From positions 5,172,345 through 5,236,344 of the forward strand of contig JBNZDD010013730.1 of NCBI GenBank assembly GCA_050575255.1: 64,000 nucleotides of DNA, written 5' to 3'. The notes below the pieces were generated by a model. That model saw nothing but the letters and a program-made list of their open reading frames with translations. It searched no databases and was not told the origin of the DNA. This DNA comes from Harriotta raleighana. Lineage: Eukaryota. How positions within the stretch are numbered: the first letter of the stretch is position 1; each line of letters opens with the position of its first letter. Positions 52,176 through 64,000 of the stretch are shown here, piece by piece. Both the position numbers and the translations under genes were made by a program.

Positions 52176-52465
52176 TATTATAATAATAATCCTTGCATTT
52201 CACATAATGCTTTTCACAGTCTTCTAGATGCCTCAAAGTGCTTCACAGAATATACTGTAAAGAGAATTGACTGTATACTTATGGGCAGCCAATTAAGTAC
52301 GCACAGCCGTGTCCCAGAAACAGTCGTGAATTGAAATGACCAATTTATGATTGTTTCGTTTTTAGCGTTTGTTACAGTATTAGGTGTGTGGAGTGAGGAA
52401 ACTTGCCCAAGGTTTCACCCTCCCTGGAACTGAACCCAGTTTCTTTCGCTCTAAAGGCTAGAGTG
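52176..52465 (-). mobile_element. SINE family 1
   Basis: Reverse-complement copy lying tail-to-tail with 51756-52040. Confidence 0.85.
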
Positions 52466-52974
52466 TTTGGCCCACGAGGGATTAGAAATACCTCTCTTTA
52501 AATGCCGCTGTTGATAAAGATGGGACCAGCTAGAAGTTGAATGTATCTGAAGCCCTGAAAGTGGAATTATGTAGCATGTTCTTTGCTGCATTACACAGCA
52601 CTAAAGAAAGACTTTCCTATCTCCAGTGGGACAGAGCTCCAGCTGTATGTCAATGTATAGTTTTGCTAGAAAAAAAATGAACACCAACTAAGAATGTCTA
52701 GCAGCAATATTCTGTTGCAAACACATCGATTGATCTATCAGTGGTTTAGGTAGATCAGAATATCTTCAAGTCAAGTGTCAAGCTGAGAAGCCAGCATTTA
52801 CTCACTCCCAATGTTATCATATCTGAGAGTTTGTCTTGAAGCAGCCAGGCTGAGGAGTTGCCTTGAAATGAGTTTGCATCATCTCTAAACAGTCCACAGT
52901 AAGCTTGAAACATCCCTGTGACTAAGTATAGCAAGTATGAAAAATGGAAAGATCTTACTGTTAATAATACAATA

Positions 52975-53320
52975 ATACTTATTTTTCATATAATATTTTA
53001 TCGCCTCAAAAGGCCTCAAAGCATCTCACAAAATGAATTATTTTCAAAGTGTAGTGACTGTACGGAAATTGTGTCAATGATCTAACAGATGGACGACCAA
53101 TTTTTGGTGGGTTAATTTGGATGAGGAAGTAGTATTGGTCCTAAGAGAATTTCTTGCTCATTTAAATACTGCCATAAGATTTTTAACATCCACCTACGTT
53201 ATGAGCTCAAGTCTTAGTTACCGTTTAAATGAAAGTGACAAGCACCAGGGGGTGCTTTCCAGGGTTGAAGCATATACAGTAGTTCAGAGTACAGTAGTGC
53301 ATACGTGATCTAAAATGCTG
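52975..53320 (-). mobile_element. Deu-domain SINE, decayed
   Basis: 'tactgccataagatttttaacatccacct' is the reverse complement of the Deu core; a tail-like segment lies at about 53000-53060. Confidence 0.5.
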
Positions 53321-56300
53321 ATGCATACATTTGAGCAGAAGCTTAACCTGGATCTCGATTTGCTTTATTTATATATGGTATATATATACTATACTATTTA
53401 TATATAGTATATACATTTATATACCATATTTTAGAGCATCCAGATTTAGGCAAATTCTTAAATTCACTCTTAATTTTGACGCCAGATTTCTCCGCGTTTC
53501 TTTTAAAGAACTACAGAAAAACAACTTCTATGTTGGGACTGAATTCAACAATTTGCCAAATTTCGCTCAAAGGTTATGTTAGGACAATCCATCTAAACCC
53601 TGGTGGAATTTTCCCGCGATGGTGCCAAATTATTCCATTCCTAAACAATGTCATCATTAACTCTCATGATTGAGAAAAAAAAATATTAATAACTCCCATT
53701 GCAAATAAAAGCCTCGAAAACAAAAATGCCACTTTCAGATTTGAGGGCTGGTGTCTGTCTAATATTTAACAGCTTCAATGTGCACCATTAATTCGGGCAC
53801 AGCTGGACATCCTATCTTGATGCTTGGGCACTCACATTTGCCTCCCAGCAGCATTCTGATCAACAGAGTAGGCGAGAGACTCTGCCGTTTGCAATATCTG
53901 ATACAGCAACATTTTCATTTACTGCAATTTCAGCAATCTGAAAGACTGCAAAGGGAACTGACGATGGCAACACCGACAACCCTTTGGGAAATAACGTTCT
54001 AACGCAACGTTAATATTGCATGGTTTGCAGTGAATTGCTGCAATTTTGTCAGGTATTCACCACCAGTGTAGGCTAGGTTTAAGAAATCACATATTGGGGG
54101 AGATTGTTTCAAGTGCAGTTGGCTTCATCCTACTCCGGTGCGAATGTGGTGGTGCAAATCATTACGAGTTCTCCTATGATTCCCTTTGGAGCTGCAATAG
54201 ATTTTTAAGGGATTTTTAAAAATTTTATTAACGTTATTAGATCATGGGACTCGATTAGTTTAAACTCTAGATAATCTGATATAATGCAGCAAAAAGGAAG
54301 GGACTGAATTCAGATTGACAACAACTTGAGGAACGTGATCAAGGCCTTTCCGATAGCCTGGAATTATGTTTGATCTTATCGTCAATCCTCTTTACGTACG
54401 CATGTGTGTGTGCGGGGCACAGAGGACGAGGAGGAAGGAGGTAGGAATCTTGTTATTCTAAATTATGTGTCTAGGATAGAAAACTAATGTGCTACAATAT
54501 CCTTTGACAGTCACAGGTAGGTGTTCACCTTGAAATACTGAATCACACTTCACTGTAAAATCCTACAAAGCTCTTTGAGATGTTTTGATGACGTGACAAG
54601 GCATTACATCAAATACAAATATTATTATTTTATCCTATAGCACAGGTAGAGGTTAATGATTCCTGTATCTCTTCCATATGGAGAATTCGTGCACAATATT
54701 TCACTCAGATTCCCTGTCCTAAGCAGCACTAATATGATAGTTTTAAAACTGGGACATCGCTTGCTGTGAAATATAATAGGAGAGACATGTACATGTCCCC
54801 TTGGGATCTACTGGGCATCACTGAAGTAACAAGTGTTTAATTGGCAGAACTCGTATGAAAAGGCACTTTTCAGTTAATGAGGTCTGCCAGTCTGAACTCT
54901 TTGTATTAAATTACTATTTAGCAAAATATCAGTAGCCCACCAAGATAGTATCTCGGGCTGGTCTGCCTTCAGCTGAAGGTTATTTTGTGCACTGGAGGCC
55001 TGTCCACGTTTACTGTTGTGTTGTTGGTAACTCTTTCTAAAAGAGGTTTTGATGTTCTTATGACCTGCCAAGAGTGCAAAGACATAAGTGCATAATGATG
55101 CAGTTTTATTCATGTGCTTCATGTGCTTATGTCAGTTATGCTGTCAACAGAGGAACCCCGGTGTGCTATACAAGCCACTGGAAGGAATAGACTTGGCTTG
55201 AAATGGCCATTTGCCAGAGGCACCGTAGAGGAATTGGTTCTCCTATTCATAAAATGATGATAAACTCTATTGATTTCACTCATGAGGAAAATATATACAA
55301 TGCACTCATAATAATAAAATGAAGCTTTCACTGCTTAACAGGGAATACACGTGTATAATTATGCTTATTTATTGCTGTACCTACAAATTACTTTTCGTAG
55401 TAATTATATCCAGAGTCTTTTAACTGCTGAGCTCCTCCTTTTTCTCATGGCAAGCCTTCAAATCTTTGTTCACGTTAAATCTGGGCCTATTCCGTGAAAG
55501 ATCGGGCTCACTCAATTCTGGGTCAACGTCTGTCCAGAGAAAAGTAGGTTTTTGGGGATATAAAATGATCACAAATCATCAGTTATCTATGAATTATTAA
55601 TACAATAAGGTGTCTCAGCACAAAGCACAGTATTGGGGCTCTGAAACACCTTTTTAATATGATTATTCAATGGAAATTAAGTGCTTTGAGAGGTGAAAGG
55701 CGTAAATGTAAATTCTTGTTCATGATTTTAATTGGAATTTCATAGCGAGTGATTTGCATTCCATTGTTTCTGCTTAACTTTCTGCCTCACCATCAACTAA
55801 TTTTCCCTAGTTTTTGATAGATTAGTTTTAGTGTTGAATTAATAATAATCCTGGCATTTGATATAATATGTTGTTCCAAAGTCAATACAATTCAAGATTT
55901 TTCAAAATCAAAATAAATTTATTTAATTCCAAGGACTTCAAGTGAATACTATAATTTTCAAAAATCAGTTCTGTTGCTATAATACAAGTGAGCGCAGAAA
56001 TTTAAATCACCATTGATACTTTGTTACTCAATGCCATCTTTTTGTGTGAAAAAAATGCGAAAAACACTTATATGCTATTCATTATAATAATTTAACGTTT
56101 AACCCCAACACGATCATAAAGCGATTAAAATAATCAAGCAAAAGAAATGAATAGACTTTTTAAAATATATTTGCATGTATTTGACATGGAAATATCTCAC
56201 CTCTTTTTCTCTCGCAAGTAATCAGAAGTCTCACTTGTCAAGGTGTCTCGCACTAGACATCCCTGATTTTAACTTTTTGGATTAAATAATTTATTGATTT

Positions 56301-57563
56301 CTTCAAACCTAAACACTCAAGACACATTGAAAGCTTGACATATTGCAGCATCCTGCAGGCTGATAAAATCATCATGCATCACAGGCAAATGAGCATAAAT
56401 GAAGTTATCAAATATAGTTTCAAAAATGCACTTTCTAAACCAAGCATGATCTCGAAGGGTTCGAAGCCTTGCTTGTTAAATAAAGGTGCAAGCAGACTTC
56501 TCACCAGGACTTTGGTGTGCTGACTGCTTTATCTCAAAAGGGCAATTTATTAATTTCAATTTTTAAAAAAAAAACAGTGTATGTTTAACTATGCACTGTA
56601 ACTAAAAGAGTTCTGCAGGAACATACCGCATTCCTGATATCCCAGCTTCGTATTTTCAGCACAAAAAATAAACATTACAATAATCCTTGCATTTTTTGAA
56701 ACAATCTCCTCCAATACGTGATGTCAGGTCCTCGAGATATCTCAAAGCACTTCACAGAGTACACTGTGTGTACACATTCTATCCTATGAAATAACACATT
56801 TTAAAAAAAAGTAACATTCTAAAGATACGCTAAATTTCCTGTGGTTTATATCCATTTATTCTGATTGATCCCTGGTAACATAGGTAGCTGGAAGCTATAT
56901 ATATCTCTCTATTTGTTGTGAAGATTAAAAAAAACTATTTCATAGTAAGCCATATGTCTGTACTAAACTACCTGGTATTTATGCAAATTCAGAGAAACAA
57001 ATTGTAGTTTAAGATACATTTCAAGCTACCTCCTCATTAACAACAACATAATGAGATACTTTCCAAACAGTCGTACAGTGAAATGAAAATAACTGCCCTG
57101 GATGACTGGCTTCTGCTTCGTCATCATAATGCCAGTTATGATTCGTATTCTTGTCATCGGATCCAAATTGAAATGGCAAAGCAAGATATGTGCTGGAGAT
57201 TATACCTGCTGAATGGCAGAACTAATGTAAAAAAGCAAGCTCAATGGCTAAATAAGCATCTAGATGCAGAAAATAGGAACTCAAGAGGAAAGACTTTTGA
57301 GGGTGAGCAAAAGATATCTGCTATCTTAACTATTGAAAGATTTTTACATGTACTGTATGTTGAAAATTCTCCATAGAATAATTTACTGTATGAATGTTGC
57401 TAGGCAGTGAGGTAAGAAAGTCTCATCAGGCTCTCTCAGCATCCCATATCTGTTACTTTTGCCTACTTCATAATAGGTTTTCAGTACAGCCACCTGGAGA
57501 ATTCTAATCTTGAATACTTTTAGTGATTTATTTGGCATGGATCTCGATCTGTTGTCAGGAGGT

Positions 57564-58402
57564 GGAGTCCTGCAGCTCAGTGGTTAGAGCACTTGCCTTA
57601 CAAGCGTGAGACCTGTGTTCCAATCCAGGCGAATACTTGGTCAAGTTTCCTCACTTTATATGCCTAATACAGTAAAACCCCGTTTATCCGTGACTCGATG
57701 AACTGGAAACCCCATTGAACCAGAACTTCAAAAAAAAAAGTCCCGATTTGATAAACCGGAAGTTATCTAGCAGAATAGTGATGACGCATTTAATGAATCA
57801 ATTGTCGCACGCGAATACTGGTGCAGGTATTCAGCTGGCTGCTAGTCGAGCCTAAAGTCATGCTACTGCCATTTTTGAAAAAAAATCACGCTACTGCTGC
57901 TTGGTTTTCCTCCCATGGCTGCCATTGCAGAAGTTAAGTATAATTAATAAAGTACTAATACAATATTCTGTTATTACAGTACTTGTTATTACTGTATTTC
58001 CTCTATTATTTATATGGTACAGTGTACAACATTTACAATAAAATACCCATACAATATTGTTATTATCTGTTACTATTTAGTCTATTGCAGTATTAATATG
58101 GTATGTGTTAAAATAATTTGTAATTTAAAAAAATATATTTTAAAAAAAAGTTTAATCGGAAAACCGTTTAACTGCCACTAGCCAGGTACCGTGGATGCTG
58201 GATAAACAGGGTTTTACTGTAATAATCCCTCAAAATAATAAAAAAAATTGGTCATTTCAATCCACAACTGTGTAATTGGCTGCCGCGGTTTCGCCCACAA
58301 ATATACAGTCAATTCACTTTACACTATATTATGTGAATCACTTTGAGACGTCTAGAAGATGTGAAAAGCGCTATATCAAATGCAGGGATTATTATTTTTA
58401 TT
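57564..58402 (+). mobile_element. SINE family 1 split by a MITE
   Basis: Head at 57564-57669, remainder at 58220-58402. Removing the insert restores the family sequence tgcctaataataatccctc. Confidence 0.88.
57670..58219 (+). mobile_element. Tigger/pogo-like MITE
   Basis: TIRs CAGTAAAACCCCGTTTATCC / GGATAAACAGGGTTTTACTG, with TA target duplication at 57668-57669 and 58220-58221. Confidence 0.88.
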
Positions 58403-60669
58403 ATGGAGGCTGGATGGGCCCAAAGCCTTTGACAGAATCTGTCAGCAAACCTTTCCTAACATTTACTGTGGTCCACAATTGAAACTCCTCGCTGTGATGA
58501 AGTCAATGGTTATTGGTCTGTTTCTTAATTCATTTCCAGGATCTCAATCAACACCATGGACCGCCTTCCCTCATTCATTATTCCCTTCCCACTATCACCC
58601 TTTAAAAGTCAGTCTTGGCATCACCTATCAGTTATTCATAACTTTGGTTGTTTCTTTGTTTATTCTTTCTGACTTTGGTGAAGGACTGTATTGTGAGCCG
58701 TGAATCACAGAGTAGGTTTGGATGCAGTAGGTCCTTTGAGTCATTCGATCTCATCCCTTCAAGGTACAGATTCTACATTCTTCCTATGACTGCATCAAGC
58801 TGTTTGTTTAATTTTTAAGTGGGGAAGAATGTATTGTGACATATAAATGCGAAAAATGTCCTGCTCTCTATGACCATATCCCAACTATTTATCACTTATT
58901 TGTAAAGAAGTAGACATGAACTTAAGACTTCTTTGATTTGCTGCCTTGACATATCTTTAAAAAATTGCTTTACTTCCTCTATTCCATATACTGTAAGATT
59001 TATATACCTTATATGAAAGGCCCTCTCCGACTTTCAACGGTGAAGAGCACAAAATTATCTAATCTTTCAATAGCACATCTATCAAACACTCGTCTAATTA
59101 AAAAAACTAGTGCACATCCAACCATCTGTTACGTAATTTAGTTCCAGATATTCGAAATAAATAATACACCTGAGATGGAAGGTTAGAGAGGAGGCCTTTC
59201 CATCCAGCAGGATGTTCTAAATATGGTTGATAACCATAGTTGAATCCATTGAAACTATGGATTTGAAATCATAGTTTCAAACCATAGTTTCAAATCAGTG
59301 TCCAACTGGCGATATACTGTATTAAGAAACTAAGAAAAGTCCAGAAGCAGAATATTCATCTTTTTAATACAATCATATCTTTGTGCAATTCTATTCTTAT
59401 CGACATACCAATGGATATGCTGGAATATGCATATCCCTGGGAACAAAGGCAACAGGATGCATATAAATATGTCCTTTAATTCATTACTTAAAAGGACTAT
59501 AGCTACTCTGGGAAAAACCTATTCAAGTGGAAAATGTCCACATTCATATGCAAAACTTGAAGCATATTATTTTTGATACATGACAGTGTTTGGATTTTGG
59601 AAAACGGATGAATGGATGTGGGGCACTTTTATAAACAGATTTGCAAGTGTTGAAAATAAAGGGGTAATTTCAATAAAAAGATGTATATCTCACACTCTAC
59701 TCTATTCCGAGGTTTACTGTTTCCCCACAGATTGTATTAACAGTGTATCTAATGTGTATTGCCTTAATCTCCCTGATTAGGAGCTGCTGAAAGATTTCCT
59801 CTTTGTATATTGTCTCGCTTTCTTGTGTTTCAATTTTGTGTGTCCTGTATCAGGAAAATCTAATATTTCTTTTACCAGAAAGGGATACGAGCCAGATTAC
59901 AAGGTTTATGGTTCAAGTTTCAGTCTGGTGTAACTTGTAAGAAATGTCGACTGACAATCACTGTCTGTGTCGACAGGCATATTTCTACAATTTTGTTTAG
60001 AACAAAAAAAAGTTTGGACATGTAAATATAAAATAAATACAAATTAAAATGTAAGTCAAAATACATTTCTGGTGCTTTTGGCTACTTTTCCTCCCTCTTT
60101 TCCTTCAGCTCTCCAGCCGCCTCTGTGAAATGCTTTGAGACGTCCGCAATAATGTAATATTGTTGATGTTGTTCAGGCTGGACTCAAATTTTGAAAATAC
60201 TGCACTTTCTTTGGGTTTCTTGTATCAGTATTTCCTTTTATTTATTCATATTTTAAAGTGTATTGACATTATATTACACTGTTACAATTATCTGTCGTAG
60301 ATTCATTCTGAATTGTTCAAACCATCCTTTTCCCCAAAACAGATATTTACTTCAATAACCAAATGTTCTCCAAATCTTTGCTAAATATTTGTTCTATTTT
60401 GGAAACAGTTTAGATTTTGATCTAAAGAGTACAGTTGCAGCTATTTCTAAGTGTGTAGAAATCAAAGGCATTTCAGTACAGTTGAATAGCCTTCATGTGA
60501 CAAATCTTAGTTTTCAATTCAGCAACACAGATGAAAGTTACGTTGAAATGAAACACTTTTGCATCCCGGAGATCCTCTCCAAGAATTAGAACCCAATGAA
60601 ATCACTTCTCCTGAAGCTTGTGCAATTGAACAACTGCAATTGAACAAGTGATTTAGGATATTAACCCAA

Positions 60670-60901
60670 CCAAATGTTGTTCGAATTTGGAATGATCTGC
60701 CTGAAAGGGTAGTGAGGTCCGATTCAATAGCAGCTTTTAAGAGAGAACTGGATAGGTATCTGGGAAGACGGGTTTGCAGGGTTATGGGGAGAAAGCTGGT
60801 GATTGGGGTTAATAAAAGTGACATTGCTCTGTCAGAGAGTCAGCACAGACTCGATGGGCCGAATGGCCTCCTTCTGTGCCGGAACATTCTATGATTCTAT
60901 G
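60670..60901 (+). mobile_element. CR1-clade LINE 3' fragment
   Basis: Translates to VVRIWNDLPERVVRSDSIAAFKRELDRYL, followed by the CR1 3' UTR and (attctatg)n. Confidence 0.88.
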
Positions 60902-60917
60902 AAATGTGTAGATTGAG

Positions 60918-61246
60918 GATATCCTTTAGCTCAGTGGTTAGAGCGTTCACCTCAAAAGTTTGATTCCCAGCAGAGCAAACCGTTGGGCAAATTTCCTTAC
61001 TCCAAACGCTTCTGTTTACTCAGCAATAAGTAGGAACTTGGTTGTTAGTAATAGTGTAATTCCTTCCAAACAAACAAATAAATACTCAATTGGTCACTTC
61101 AATCCTCGACTGTTTGTGGGACACTGCTGCTGAGTTCCAACCAGAAATATTACAGACAATTCACTTTACAGGATATTCTATGAAGTGCTTTGAGACGACA
61201 AGAAAATGTGATCAGGCGGGATACCAATTGCAAAGATTGTTATTAT
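60918..61246 (+). mobile_element. SINE family 1 (long form)
   Basis: Head TAGCTCAGTGGTTAGAGC, core, extra segment 'cttctgtttactcagcaataagtaggaac', and tail. Confidence 0.8.
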
Positions 61247-61559
61247 TGTCAACCTTTCGTTAAACGCATTTGTCAACACAAAGTTTTCACCTCTCAAAGA
61301 GCCTTGATTATGGTTTTTCAGCGCCTTGGGACGTCCTCCAGACGTAAAAGGCGTTCTATAAATCTCATTTTATTGTTATTGTTTATGTACGCATACTTAT
61401 CTATTTCAAATTATTAATCAAATGGTAAAATTCTATTCTAACCTCTTTTTAAATAATTTCCTCTTAAAAGTATAAACAACTTGCTATTTTGTAGTGGAAA
61501 AGATACTTGCGAACACCCACAAAGGATTAAGAGCACAAGATTATAAAGGAAATCGCTAG

Positions 61560-61943
61560 GAAAAAGAAACCAAGGTCATCTTGTTTATCCTTCCAACAAT
61601 TTGCTAGTCACTTCCCCCGTTGTGTCACAAACTGTACGCTGTATCACAAGATATTATTATCTAGCAGAAATCTATCTAATTTGTTCTTGAAACATACTAC
61701 ATTTTTGGCTTCCGCTGTCTCCGTGGGGAGCCTATTCCATAAGTTTACTACTCGTTCACTGGAGATGTGCTTCCATAGATTTGTTCTGAATATACTCCCC
61801 TTCAATCGCACGCTGTGTCCTCTGGTTCTACTGTTCACTACACAATAAAATAGGTTATCATGGTCTACATTATCTATTCCCTTCAGAATCTTAAAGACCG
61901 TAATCAAATCACCTCTCAGCCCTCTCTTCTCCAGTTTGAACAC
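61560..61943 (-). mobile_element. CR1-clade LINE ORF2 C-terminal fragment (second family)
   Basis: FKLEKRGLRGDLITVFKILKG...RTRGHS...RVVNLWNRLP...FKNKLDRFL is a canonical CR1 ORF2 end. Confidence 0.9.
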
Positions 61944-64000
61944 GCCTCTTCAAAATACTGTAAATGTTGCGGAATGCAAATGTTTTGTAAAACCTTTGCC
62001 TATTGAGATTTATTATGATCACATCTTATAAATATATATATATAAATAATGCAATTGTACTTTATTTGGAACACAGTGAAGCATTTTTGTAAAAAGATCC
62101 ACCTCCTTCCAGGCTAGCTGCATACCCTAATTAGAAAACAATTCCTTAAACAATATACAGTAGTTACCCCCATCCCACTCAGATGTAATATAACTGGAAA
62201 AAACACCACCAGAGAAAAGCCCAAATTGTCTTGATCTTTTAAAAGTGCCACTGGTGGAATGTGTTCATGCAGAGGACACTGTGTTTTATTTTCAGATGGC
62301 TCGAAAAATAATCTGCAGAATCCAAGATAAAACTGCAAATGTCCTGGAGGCAAGATACCTTCCCCCTGGCAGCCAATTCATTTTAATCAGAATATGATCC
62401 ACTTTCATGGTTGCTTAGAAATCCTGTCTGGTGAAAACTATTGACATTTCTTTCTCTGGAAAGCGCGATGTCCTTGCCATTCTTGCCTGCAATACAAGGA
62501 TGGGAACCTAAAGGTGTCACTCTGTCTATACAGATAGAACTATCACATTCTCTGCAATAAACATACTTTTTATGTCGCAAAATAGACCTTAACATATTCT
62601 CTCCTTTCTGTGCTTTTCACAGCCCATTGGTTTCTTTTTTTCAACTCATTTTCTTTGTTTTTTTCTGTTTATTCTGTAATTTATTCCTACTACTTTATGA
62701 CTTAATATGCCTTTCGTAAAGCACACCAAGAAATGGATCATTTAATTGAAGGCCAATCCATCTATCAATCAATCCATCCATCAGTAAGACAAGATGTTTT
62801 GACTTTCATTATGGTAATTATCTCTTGCTGACTTCTGAGCAGCAACCAACCACCCACACACTAGTGCTTAATTACTTCTGACTGGAGCTTTTGCAATGAA
62901 ATGTTGCTTCTTTTTATACAATGGGTAGCATTGAAATTATCTCATTAAGGTTACATTTCTGAATATTAAAACTTGGAACCAGTATGAGCTTTGCACAAAC
63001 CATATCATATGGGTCACTGGGGCTATATCATATGGGTCAATGCAAACTTGTTCATATAAGAAACATTCTTTAAACTCAAAAACTATTAAACCGTATTTAA
63101 TGAAAAAAGGGCCCATGAATAAAAAAATATTTTGGGGGAAGTGTTTTGTAAAATCATTGTTTGGTTTGTTCATTCATTGTTCAAACATTTTTCATGATTG
63201 AAATATTATTGATTTATTTGTTCTGCATTTATAAATATTGCAAAGATTTCAACAAATAAATACTTTGATAATAATTTCCATAATACGTTTTTTGCAATTG
63301 GTATGAGATAATAACAACTTGTATTATTTAGCAGCCTGTCACATGGGTAGTTAAGTAGATATGAAGAAAATTGCATGAAATTCAAATGAAACTCTTTAAA
63401 AAAATTAATTTGCACTTGTGGTGAAATATTATATATTTTTTACAATAATGCTAATTTGTAAGACCCTGTTATTATAATTATGAAACAACAATATTTTTTG
63501 ATAAATCTGTCAGCATCACTGAAAGTATAAATAACAAAACAATATTGGACAGACAAATTGTACATTTGATTCCGAGACTCCACAGAAAAAGGCTAGGTCT
63601 ACACTCTGGAGCTTCAAAACAATATGCCTTTTTTCTGTCAGTGATTTCAGGCTCCAACATCTTTGTCTTTCAGACCATTTGTCAACCAACAGCCGACACT
63701 GACTGATACACTAGCATTTCTATTGTCTGAGTGCGAGAGTTTCATTATTTAGTCACAAACACAGACTCATGAGTTTCGTACAAACAATTCCACATTATAG
63801 AATGGGGCCCATATTTGATAATCCTCTGTCATAAATAATTTTGTCCAGAATTGCATAGAGAAACAAAACTGCATTTTAATAAGCCTGAACGCCATATTTT
63901 TCTAACGGGGGAAAAAAAGCATAAATGTTTTCATATATTGATGTCTTCCTCCATAGGAACATCATCACACGCAGTTGTTTGTTACAATACTCCTCAGAGT

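Noticed and set aside
1-64000. CRISPR array, prokaryotic operon or defence system
   Set aside because: The DNA is spliced eukaryotic sequence. The repeats are dispersed SINE/LINE copies, with no regular repeat-spacer array.
63940-64000. Possible acceptor (ctccatag) of a downstream exon
   Set aside because: Cut off by the window edge, with no recognisable peptide.

Overview
Eukaryotic (vertebrate) genomic DNA, most likely a cartilaginous fish. That taxonomy is inferred from the repeat families and the protein divergence, and cannot be confirmed here. The window holds the 3' part of a plus-strand tubulin polyglutamylase gene, TTLL7: 13 GT-AG coding exons from 447 to 40419 with consistent phases. 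They total 1830 nt, i.e. about 609 aa plus stop; the 5' exons lie upstream of the window. A probable long, repeat-poor 3' UTR follows, and then intergenic DNA. Introns and the downstream region contain tRNA-derived SINEs (at least three families), L2, CR1, RTE and L1-type LINE fragments, two copies of a Tigger/pogo-like TA-targeting MITE (both nested in the same SINE family) and decayed Harbinger-like relics. Several apparent tandem duplications are separated by a single 'n' and look like assembly overlaps of two alleles. I found no convincing new biological system. The best leads are possible TTLL7 isoform mechanisms (intronic polyadenylation, a candidate cassette exon, a duplicated poison donor), a SINE/LINE shared 3' stem-loop with a compensatory change, MITE-in-SINE nesting, long perfect hairpins and candidate conserved non-coding elements. 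Most ORFs in the supplied track are spurious. Comparisons to known proteins and repeats are from memory, not from a search.
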